Source: an uncultured Phycisphaerales bacterium (GTDB lineage Bacteria > Planctomycetota > Phycisphaerae > WQYP01). From it: DNA of 64,000 nt. The stretch covers positions 406,910 through 470,909 of the forward strand of contig CAVYBP010000002.1 of NCBI GenBank assembly GCA_963766775.1, in the 5' to 3' direction. The position numbers and the translations under genes were made by a program. The notes beneath the pieces are model-generated. The model was not told the DNA's origin. It saw only the letters and a program-made list of their open reading frames with translations, and made no database searches. The first letter of the stretch is position 1, and each line of letters opens with the position of its first letter. Below, in pieces: positions 57,101 through 64,000 of the stretch.

Positions 57101-57328
57101 TCAGTGCCGACAATCGACACAACAGTTATCCACGAATGGTGGCTGATCTGACCTCGCTGGGCGACCGCACCCTGCACAATTCATAACCTCCGGCGGGTCG
57201 ATGGATTCAACGGATTCTGATCGCAATCCAAAAGAGCGAAGTAGAACCTTCAGCGCCTTCCGAATTCTGATAATGGCCGGCGGGCCGTGGCCTTCAGCGC
57301 GCAGGATGATCCGCCAACGGTCACTCAC
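57101..57328 (-). CDS. hypothetical small Cys-rich protein
   Basis: The C-terminus has CAGCG...CCVDC. Confidence 0.35.
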   Translation of the reverse strand: MSDRWRIILRAEGHGPPAIIRIRKALKVLLRSFGLRSESVESIDPPEVMNCAGCGRPARSDQPPFVDNCCVDCRH

Positions 57329-57739
57329 GTGTTCACCGACGACGCCTTACCTGCCGCCTGTTCATACTGCTGTTTCGATAACCATTTCAAAAAACGCCCA
57401 CAATCAACGCATGTGAGCATCCCCGCGTGTTCCGCCTTGCCGGGTTTCACTTCAAGATTCGATGATCCGCACCCGGCACACTCGGTTGGGAATGGCTTTA
57501 GGCTTCTTTGCGCGTCAGAGTTTTCAGGTGTCAAGCGTGCCTCCCTTGCAATTCTCAGCACTGGCGGTGGGGGGGGGGGGGGGCGAACTGTCGCAGATGA
57601 TGCAGTCGGCAAACATCCCGGCGATTTCGACCAAATGCGACGGCACTAATTTTTCGCGCGGCGATGTTTGAAAGTGCGAACTTATCAGAGTCGGCAGAAG
57701 GTTGATGATGATGTGCTGGCGTGTGTTGAGCGTGGTCAT
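57325..57739 (-). pseudogene. early gene split by a G15/C15 homopolymer (Zn-ribbon C-terminal half)
   Basis: The ATG at 57739 (ATGA overlap with the upstream gene) opens MTTLNTRQ...ADCIICDSSPPPPP. After the tract another frame reads PPVLRIAREARL...CAGCG...CVDCGRFLKW to 57325. Confidence 0.5.
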
Positions 57740-58026
57740 TCCCCACCCCCGTCGAATTTGTGCGAGGTGTTCTTGATGGCCCATTCCCCGACGATGCGCT
57801 TGTAGTAAACGACACGCTGGCCGCGCTTTTCAAAAGTTAGTCCTTGTTCGACAAAACGCCTTTTTCTGTAACGGTCCGCCATGATCGTGCCCGCAGGAAT
57901 CCCGATCACTTTTGCCACTCCGTGAATGTCTAGCGTGTTGTCGAGTTGGTCATAGTTCGGAATAAGGAACCGGATGCGGCGAAGGGTTTCCGCTTCCGAA
58001 AGAGCGTGTGGCGCTTTCGTTTTCAC
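57736..58026 (-). CDS. HTH DNA-binding early protein
   Basis: IHGVAKVIGIPAGTIMADRYRKRR is HTH-like. Confidence 0.45.
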   Translation of the reverse strand: MKTKAPHALSEAETLRRIRFLIPNYDQLDNTLDIHGVAKVIGIPAGTIMADRYRKRRFVEQGLTFEKRGQRVVYYKRIVGEWAIKNTSHKFDGGGE

Positions 58027-58328
58027 AATTCTCTCCTTCCCTGCCCGTCCAACGCTTCCCGATCACGGCCTCCCCCGCGCGATATGCGGATGTATGGGTC
58101 GGCGTCGATGGCGAATTTGACAGAGCGGCGAGGCTCAATCCGATTTACTACGAAACGTACTGGTGGCAGGCCGGGGAACTCAATGGCGACGACGCGGCCA
58201 ACGGGGACGCGGGTAAAGGTAATCGTGGCTGAGTCCTCGTGGATGAATCCAACGCCAACGGTGAATGGCAACTCACCTGGAGCTTTCAGAATCACCGTTT
58301 CGGCTCTACCTCTGGATATACAAAGCAT
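58023..58328 (-). CDS. hypothetical protein with weak CsrA-like termini
   Basis: MLCISRGRAETVIL and VKFAIDADPYIRISRGG resemble CsrA beta1 and the VRIGIEAPxxVxIxREE region. About 50 aa separate them. Confidence 0.35.
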   Translation of the reverse strand: MLCISRGRAETVILKAPGELPFTVGVGFIHEDSATITFTRVPVGRVVAIEFPGLPPVRFVVNRIEPRRSVKFAIDADPYIRISRGGGRDREALDGQGRREL

Positions 58329-58376
58329 GCAGACTCCAAAGAAAGCCGGCGGGGGGGTGATCCCGCCGGCGCGTGA

Positions 58377-59003
58377 TTATTCGACCATCGTTTTCGATAG
58401 GTTTACAATTTCGTATTGCTTGTTGAGTATCGCTTTGTAGGGGTCTGCCGCATCATGCTTCACGAGTAAATGGCGGCGAATAAATCCTACAGATTTGAAT
58501 GATTCTTTGCAGATTGGGCAGAGCGGCTTTTTGTATTCGTTGAGGAAGATTTTGACGGTCGATTTACCGTCCGCCGTTTCATCGGCTTGCGGTTGAGGCA
58601 CATTCGCAACTTTTTCACCATCCAATCCGCACGAGCATTTCGGCCCATAGAACTGGACGCTGCATTTGTTGCATCGGTGCCATCCATCCGGCGGTGCGGC
58701 GTCAACCTTGGCCTCAGCCTGTTCGGCGCGGTGCCGAAGCGTGACGAGCATACCTTTGGTGTCGGTGAGTTCCGCTCGGCTTCGCTGGAGTTCCTCGCGA
58801 ATGTCAGCCAGTGCTTGCTTCTGATCTTCCCATTCTTTGAAACTTTTTTCTTCAATAAAAAAGTTCTCGTGGCCATTCGGGCAGTAGATGGGTTTGCCAC
58901 CATTCCGCCGGTTATTCCATTGAACTGTTGGCGCAGAGTATGGGCAACCGCATTTGAAGCAAATAAAGTTAGTAATTTCAACGGTTATGTTTGCTGTACT
59001 CAA
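58377..59003 (-). CDS. Zn-finger/coiled-coil protein
   Basis: It has a TTG start. CFKCGC...CPNGH is followed by a coiled coil, then CNKCS...CSCG and CPICK...H..KH. Confidence 0.5.
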   Translation of the reverse strand: MSTANITVEITNFICFKCGCPYSAPTVQWNNRRNGGKPIYCPNGHENFFIEEKSFKEWEDQKQALADIREELQRSRAELTDTKGMLVTLRHRAEQAEAKVDAAPPDGWHRCNKCSVQFYGPKCSCGLDGEKVANVPQPQADETADGKSTVKIFLNEYKKPLCPICKESFKSVGFIRRHLLVKHDAADPYKAILNKQYEIVNLSKTMVE

Positions 59004-59629
59004 TTGCCACCCCCTTTCAATTCCAATTTCTCATTCAGGTCACGAAGCGTCGAGTGTGCCAACCCGCTGGCCTTGAACGCCGCGAAAAGTTTGTCCGACG
59101 CGATGTGAGAGTCGATACGTTGTTCAACGTTGCTGTAACCAATTGCAATGCCCTGATCTTGGCGGTTTTTCGGGTCGCTCGCATAGCGGTGCACGTCTCG
59201 CATCTTCTCCCCATGGGGCACTTCAATCCGCCGCTCCACAAGGGCTGCGATGAGGCGGATGTCTTTTCGATGAACGATGTCTGCAAAGTATTGGCGACAG
59301 TCGCCCACGATGCAGACTACGGACTTGGACGGGTAATAAATTCGACCGAAGTATTGATCGCCATTTTTGGCGAACACATACACCACGTCACCCTCAACGT
59401 ATTTAGCTTTGGGTGAGAATACCCCAACGACGCCTTCCATGAGGCACTTCATGGCGCTTTGGTTGTGGCCATCGATAATGAAGGCGTCTTTGTCTTCAAT
59501 GCCGTGTCGGTCGAGGCACGGTGGGCGTTTGACTTTGTACCGATCCGTCCATTCCTGCGGACGGTTCGGGTGCGAGGTTGGCGTGGCCTGAGCGGTAGTG
59601 GACTTTTTAATTTTTGCGAGCGTCTTCAA
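59000..59629 (-). CDS. S24 (LexA/CI C-terminal)-like fold protein without an evident HTH
   Basis: It has a TTG start. IIDGHNQSAMKCLMEG...GDVVYVFAKNGDQYFGRIY...VCIVGD...IRLIAALVERRI is a motif-level resemblance only. Confidence 0.4.
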   Translation of the reverse strand: MKTLAKIKKSTTAQATPTSHPNRPQEWTDRYKVKRPPCLDRHGIEDKDAFIIDGHNQSAMKCLMEGVVGVFSPKAKYVEGDVVYVFAKNGDQYFGRIYYPSKSVVCIVGDCRQYFADIVHRKDIRLIAALVERRIEVPHGEKMRDVHRYASDPKNRQDQGIAIGYSNVEQRIDSHIASDKLFAAFKASGLAHSTLRDLNEKLELKGGGN

Positions 59630-60000
59630 TTGCCACCCCCTTCCGACTTTTTCTCCAACTCCAACAACCTCCCACGCTCCACAGCCCGCTCTGTCGCCAC
59701 CATGCCCGCCGCGCCATTGCCGACGATTTTTAGACTTGTTTGTATGGCGGACTCGATATGCTCTTGGGCTTTGATAACAAGCATTTCGTCAAAGTCGGCA
59801 AGGGCAACTGCTCCAACGCAAAGAGCGGAATTTTCGTCAACTACGTGGGCGAATTGGAATGCGGCACGTTCCAAGTGTTTGATGATTTCCAATACGTCCG
59901 GTTTATCTGGCGATGCGGTTGCGCGGTCTGCGGCGATCTTCGCATAGTCTGCCAGTACCGCCATCACAAGCGCTGACGGTTGACCGATGTATTCCCCCAT
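59626..60000 (-). CDS. hypothetical protein (may be the C-terminal part of 59903..60997)
   Basis: The ATG sits in aatgggggaata. Removing one G of the G5 run fuses it in frame to the upstream ORF. Confidence 0.4.
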   Translation of the reverse strand: MGEYIGQPSALVMAVLADYAKIAADRATASPDKPDVLEIIKHLERAAFQFAHVVDENSALCVGAVALADFDEMLVIKAQEHIESAIQTSLKIVGNGAAGMVATERAVERGRLLELEKKSEGGGN

Positions 60001-60997
60001 TACCTGCGCAAGCGCCTTCTATTTGCCGGATGAATTCTCGAAGTTCATTGGCGAGTTTTTCATGTTCCGAGTTACTTTCGACTCTGTAGGCGACTTCATT
60101 TAGTAATTCGCGCGCAGTGAGGGTGCTTTTTTGGGTCGTATCAAGCGTCTCTTGCAACCCATACCGCAATACAAAGCCTTCTGCGGCGACCTCGTGGAGT
60201 TGCATTTCGTCGGCGTTGGAAAGGATAGCGTCGATGGTATTGGCGGAAATTCTTTGCTGCCCCGCGTCTGCGACAGTTTTGTTGAGTTCTCCTAACTTGG
60301 CATAGTCGCTCTCGATGGCCTCAACTACACCTGGCCACGTTATAGACCTTAGAACACTATGACCGCTCGCGTCGATGAGTTTCATCAATCGGTCCATAGC
60401 ATTCACCCCCGCAAACATTCCGTCCCGGATGCTGGTCAATTCCTCAATGATGTCTTCGGGCTTCCACTCAGAGTCCCAATCAAGTCCGGCGGCGAGGAGG
60501 AGTTTGCCGATGAAGTCTTGCCCGGCTGTTGTACATGCAATGGGGATATCGCGGTGCCGGCGCGGTGGGGCGAATGGTGCGGTCAGTGGATGCACTTCAA
60601 AGCTCGCCGCGATGTGGTTGGCGAGCGCATTGAACGGTCCCGAGGCGTCGTACTGTTTCTCAACGCATTCCATCACGCGTTTCATGCTCATGGTCCAATA
60701 TGACCCGCTCGCGCAAACGACGTGAACGTCATTGGCTTCGGCGATGACCTTCACCACAAGACACAATTCGTCGTTGAGGCTGTCGAGGAAGATAATGCCT
60801 GGGCGAATGGTCGGTTTTGTTGTTGAAGTCTCGGCGGGCGGTACGGTATGATTGCTCGTGCTAGTTTGGGCCTTGGCTGTGTCGCTGTGATTTGCCGTCG
60901 TTGCGACTCCTTCAAGGCCCTTTTTATTTTTGCCGCCTGCGGGTGGCGGCGGTCGCTTCGGAGTGGCCTTTGGTGTCCGGTTGCGTTTCGTGGTCAT
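59903..60997 (-). CDS. hypothetical early protein with basic N-terminus
   Basis: It starts MTTKRNRTPKATPKRPPPPAGGKNKKG. The last 30 aa or so are Arg/Cys-rich and look out of frame. Confidence 0.45.
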   Translation of the reverse strand: MTTKRNRTPKATPKRPPPPAGGKNKKGLEGVATTANHSDTAKAQTSTSNHTVPPAETSTTKPTIRPGIIFLDSLNDELCLVVKVIAEANDVHVVCASGSYWTMSMKRVMECVEKQYDASGPFNALANHIAASFEVHPLTAPFAPPRRHRDIPIACTTAGQDFIGKLLLAAGLDWDSEWKPEDIIEELTSIRDGMFAGVNAMDRLMKLIDASGHSVLRSITWPGVVEAIESDYAKLGELNKTVADAGQQRISANTIDAILSNADEMQLHEVAAEGFVLRYGLQETLDTTQKSTLTARELLNEVAYRVESNSEHEKLANELREFIRQIEGACAGNGGIHRSTVSACDGGTGRLCEDRRRPRNRIAR

Positions 60998-61054
60998 GTG
61001 GAAAACCTCCGTGAGAAAAAAATGAAACCGCCCCGCGACGTGCGGGAGCGGTGA

Positions 61055-61252
61055 TTAGTTGAATCCGAATTGGGTGAGGAGTTTGCGGCGGCGTTTTGGG
61101 TCACGCTCGGCGAGGGCGGTAGCAATTGCCATTCGGCCAATAGCCATAAGGCGCGTTGCAGCTTTGGAGCGGGTGCGTTCCCCGAGCATGGATTTCATTT
61201 CATCCGCAACAGCGATCGATGTATTTTCCCGAATTACAATAGTTCGTGTCAC
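61055..61252 (-). CDS. small Cro/RHH-like early regulator
   Basis: This 65-aa gene is the first of the leftward operon and is divergent from the multi-HTH regulator. Confidence 0.45.
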   Translation of the reverse strand: MTRTIVIRENTSIAVADEMKSMLGERTRSKAATRLMAIGRMAIATALAERDPKRRRKLLTQFGFN

Positions 61253-61329
61253 GCAAAACCTCTTCCTAAACGTTCGTAGTGGCTCATTATAGGCTCATAC
61301 GGTATCGTTCTGCAACAATACAGTATCAA

Positions 61330-61347
61330 AAACGTTATAAGACGTTT
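61330..61347. promoter_or_regulatory. operator-like palindrome in the divergent regulatory region
   Basis: AAACGT-TATAAG-ACGTTT is the palindrome. A related aaacgtt occurs at 61268-61274, and GGCTCAT occurs twice (61281, 61292). Confidence 0.4.
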
Positions 61348-61361
61348 CAAAAAGCGGTGTT

Positions 61362-62507
61362 ATGAATCATTTTATGGTGGACAAGGGGCACCGATTGCTT
61401 CAGAATTGGTGCATGGAAAACCAGTTTTGCGGCATTATCCGGGAACTTCGTAACTTTGCGCGTCTTTCCCAGCGAGACCTTGCGGTACTCGCGAAAGTTT
61501 CGCCAACGACGATAGTTAATCTAGAGTCTAGGGGCCGCGAGGACGCAAGAGATGCAACCGTGTCCGCAGTCGGTCGGGCGCTTGCTGAGGCACTTCATAT
61601 ACCACCGGACGTTGTTATTGCAGCCCTAGACAAATATCGTCCGGAAATTCATAGTGCCCGTTTGATGGTGAGCACAACTGACAGTGCGCTAATGCTTCAT
61701 CTAAAAAGCAATAAAAGCCGGACGGCTTATCTATCGTTGGCCGCGAAACTAACGCATGCTTTTTCTCTTTCAATTCACCAGATTTCCCGCGCGTCAGGGA
61801 TCAATTTGGCGACGATTGTACGTGCTTTCGCAACATCTTATTGTCCAGAAGATGACGTGTGGCCGCTTTTTCGTGGGTTTCGAGAAGTGTTACGTGCTAG
61901 GCTCAACATTCTCGATAACGCAAGAGATGAGATCGACAAAATCTTAATCGCGCAGAAGGAATTGCCCGCTGGTTCAGGAACGCATAGCGGTGAAACTGGT
62001 GTGTCACCTTTGCGCATCGAGCGAATCGGTGGTATCGGAGATATGTTGGGCAATTTGCTGCGAGTTCGGAAGTGGAAATTTTCTGATGTTGCATTGGTCG
62101 CAAAAATTCCTGAAGAACGGATAAAAGCTATTGTCTCGGGCGATGAGGCGACGTACGACGAGACGATTATTCTGGCGAGAGTGCTTCATAGTCATGAGCT
62201 GGTCCCTCGTTGGCAGGCGGACTCTGCTGCCGTTAGGGATTCGGATGCACGCACCAAAAAACAAATAACTCTGTACGCGCAGGTTTTGCTACAGAGGGTT
62301 CAAATTGAATTGATGAAGGCTATTTCGGCAGCGCAGGGAGTGGGAACCGATGCAGACAGACTTCAGCACGTCGTAATGCATTTGACGAAAGGCGAAAAGA
62401 TCGTAGGCGATGCGCTCTCGAAGATAGACACCGAGATTTCTGCCGTCAGTGTATTAGACGCGGTCAACGACGCAATGCAACACGAAACGTCAGGGGATGA
62501 AAAATGA
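61362..62507 (+). CDS. XRE-family regulator with three HTH-like modules (putative prophage repressor)
   Basis: The three modules are IRELRNFARLSQRDLAVLAKVSPTTIVNLESRG, FSLSIHQISRASGINLATIVRAF and VRKWKFSDVALVAKIPEERIKAIVSG. It is the only plus-strand gene of the prophage core. Confidence 0.6.
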   Translation: MNHFMVDKGHRLLQNWCMENQFCGIIRELRNFARLSQRDLAVLAKVSPTTIVNLESRGREDARDATVSAVGRALAEALHIPPDVVIAALDKYRPEIHSARLMVSTTDSALMLHLKSNKSRTAYLSLAAKLTHAFSLSIHQISRASGINLATIVRAFATSYCPEDDVWPLFRGFREVLRARLNILDNARDEIDKILIAQKELPAGSGTHSGETGVSPLRIERIGGIGDMLGNLLRVRKWKFSDVALVAKIPEERIKAIVSGDEATYDETIILARVLHSHELVPRWQADSAAVRDSDARTKKQITLYAQVLLQRVQIELMKAISAAQGVGTDADRLQHVVMHLTKGEKIVGDALSKIDTEISAVSVLDAVNDAMQHETSGDEK

Positions 62508-62610
62508 TGGGCGGCACTGGCTCTCACTGCAATTAAAACATGCGGTGGCCAAGGCGGTGCCGACGATCACTCCCGATCAGCGGAAAAAAGAACATTAAGT
62601 TCAGCTCGCA

Positions 62611-62850
62611 TCAGCGCCGCATGCTCGCGCCAAGCTCGGACGGAGAAATTTTGCACTCCATGAGTTCCAGCATGGTGATGGGGCGTTGATTGAATCGCTT
62701 CTCTCCGTCGATGGTTAAGTCCCATCGCAGAAAAAACATGATTCCAGCTTCATCCTCGGCAATGCGTATCGAGTACGTTCCGCTTTTTAGTTCAGCAGCC
62801 CACGCCGCGAAGCATTCCCCGATGGCATCCCATTCTTTGCTTTTCATCAT
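62611..62850 (-). CDS. hypothetical protein downstream of integrase
   Basis: The internal start MMKSKEWD lies at 62850/62847, abutting the integrase stop. The upstream part of the listed ORF overlaps int out of frame. Confidence 0.4.
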   Translation of the reverse strand: MMKSKEWDAIGECFAAWAAELKSGTYSIRIAEDEAGIMFFLRWDLTIDGEKRFNQRPITMLELMECKISPSELGASMRR

Positions 62851-64000
62851 CGTCCTTTCAATAAGCATCCCCACCCCGGCGTCGTCTTTGCCATTCCGAG
62901 ATAAGTGTATCGGGTCTGCATCATCGCCGCCGTCGCTGCGGCCATCACCGCCTTCACCGGATCGGTGGCGACGTGAGCATACCGCGCCGTCGTCGCCGGT
63001 TGGGAATGCCCGAGCCCCTTGCCGATCAAGAGAAGCGATGTCCCGCCCGCCGCCATCCACGATGCGAGCGTGTGTCTCAAGTCGTGAACGCGGTATCCCT
63101 CAAGGCCGGATTTCTTCATCAACGCCTGCCACGCGCCCTTGGGTTCAACAATGTGGCCGGATGCGGATCGTGGAGAAGGAAATACCCACGGTGACTCTCC
63201 GTCCGCGGCCTTACGCTCTGCCAGGACCGCAAGGGCTTCTTGTGTTAATGGAACCGTGTGCGAGCGGTTGGCTTTGGTATCGGGCATTCTCCACACGCCT
63301 TCCGATACGTGTTCCCATCGCATCGTCTGGATGTTCCCCCGCCTCTGGCCGGTGAAGAGTGCGAAGCGGAAAAAGTCCGCCGTCGTTTTGTATCGTAAGG
63401 CGCTCAAGTTCTGAAAGAATAGTGATACTGCGTCGGGGTTCAGGTATTTTTCCCGCTTCTCTTCCTTGAATCTTTCTATGCCCTCAGCCGGATTCGGTGC
63501 CTCTCCCGCAGCCCGCACGATGGACACGCCGAGCGAACGGGCGCGATTGAACATCGAAGAAATGAGTGCCATGAGCCGGTTGGCGAGGTACGGATGCTTC
63601 GCGCCGATCTTCGTGTGAAGGCTGGATACCGCGGCGTGTGTGATCTCCGAGAGCTTGCGATTCTTCCAATGGGATAGGTGCAGGTTGTAGTTGGCTTCGT
63701 CCTGTGGTGCCGACTTTGGACGTCGGGGCTTTTTGTATTGCTCCAGGTACGCTGTGAAGAGTTCCCCAAACGTCGCTTCGGTGCGAGCCTCAATCTTCTG
63801 TCGTTGAGGATTGACCCCTTGGGCTATCAGCCCATTCTTCTCCGCGGCCATACGTCGTGCTTGGTCGATTGTGATATCACCGATGGTGGCGAGGCGGATT
63901 CGTTCGGGGCGTCCGTTCACCCAGCGGTACAGGTAGAACGTCCGCTTGTCGGATGCAGTGATGCACAGGGCGAGCCCACGGATAAGCGTGTCGTAGTGGT
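62847..64000 (-). CDS. int: tyrosine integrase, P4-type with DUF4102-like arm domain (5' end outside window)
   Basis: It has HDLRHTLASWM and LGHSQPATTARYAHV (catalytic Tyr). The frame stays open upstream of the listed ATG to the window edge (HYDTLIRGLALCITASDKRTFYLYRWVNGRPERI). Confidence 0.85.
   Translation of the reverse strand, partial: HYDTLIRGLALCITASDKRTFYLYRWVNGRPERIRLATIGDITIDQARRMAAEKNGLIAQGVNPQRQKIEARTEATFGELFTAYLEQYKKPRRPKSAPQDEANYNLHLSHWKNRKLSEITHAAVSSLHTKIGAKHPYLANRLMALISSMFNRARSLGVSIVRAAGEAPNPAEGIERFKEEKREKYLNPDAVSLFFQNLSALRYKTTADFFRFALFTGQRRGNIQTMRWEHVSEGVWRMPDTKANRSHTVPLTQEALAVLAERKAADGESPWVFPSPRSASGHIVEPKGAWQALMKKSGLEGYRVHDLRHTLASWMAAGGTSLLLIGKGLGHSQPATTARYAHVATDPVKAVMAAATAAMMQTRYTYLGMAKTTPGWGCLLKGR

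Larger units (their letters stand above)
27602..64000. mobile_element. HK97-like siphovirus-type prophage (right end and integrase 5' end outside window)
   Basis: The modules are contiguous on the minus strand: integrase, regulators, primase/helicase, HNH, TerS, TerL, portal, protease, capsid, connectors, tail, tape measure and tail tip. The left edge carries the tRNA fragment. Confidence 0.85.

Noticed and set aside
62851-63060. Upstream part of ORF 62611..63060
   Set aside because: It overlaps the integrase 3' end out of frame and is Gly/Asp/Arg-rich. The ORF was trimmed to the start at 62850.
27602-64000. Diversity-generating retroelement, retron, or known defence systems (CBASS, RM, Abi, TA) in the prophage
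   Set aside because: I looked for reverse-transcriptase motifs (YxDD), template/variable repeat pairs, methyltransferase motifs and cyclase motifs in all listed ORFs and found none. This cannot be excluded without profile searches.

Overview
High-GC bacterial DNA. The mix of PEP-CTERM/dockerin-like giant surface proteins and an ECF sigma factor paired with a Ser/Thr kinase suggests Verrucomicrobiota or Planctomycetota (inference only). Nt 1-27600 is ordinary chromosome: a HAD phosphatase fragment, a GH51 arabinofuranosidase, a LOG-family protein, an ActP-like symporter, a decayed GH35 beta-galactosidase, DUF4337, an ECF sigma/kinase/anchored-protein module, VapBC, two giant repetitive adhesin-like genes, rpmB, gatC, a lipoprotein, gatA and a PEP-CTERM protein. 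From nt 27602 to beyond the window end lies a prophage of at least 36 kb. It is HK97-like and siphovirus-type, almost all on the minus strand, and starts at a 3' fragment of tRNA-Arg(ACG). Its P4-type integrase runs off the 3' edge. Packaging, head and tail genes are recognisable, including a canonical -1 slippery site in the tail chaperone. The accessory content is unusual. One tail-distal gene is Cys-rich, encodes 27 consecutive Ser and is coupled to a GT-B glycosyltransferase. An enzyme-rich operon (calpain-like protease, SGNH esterase, GT-A-like enzyme, alpha/beta-fold protein, small membrane proteins) sits between the replication and packaging modules. There is also an iteron/AT-rich origin, a G15 tract splitting an early gene, and a 251-nt structured spacer before the capsid gene. 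I found no canonical endolysin. At least a dozen conserved genes, including essential gatA, carry apparent single-base indels, so the assembly quality is suspect. All calls rest on motif recognition by eye; no database search was possible.
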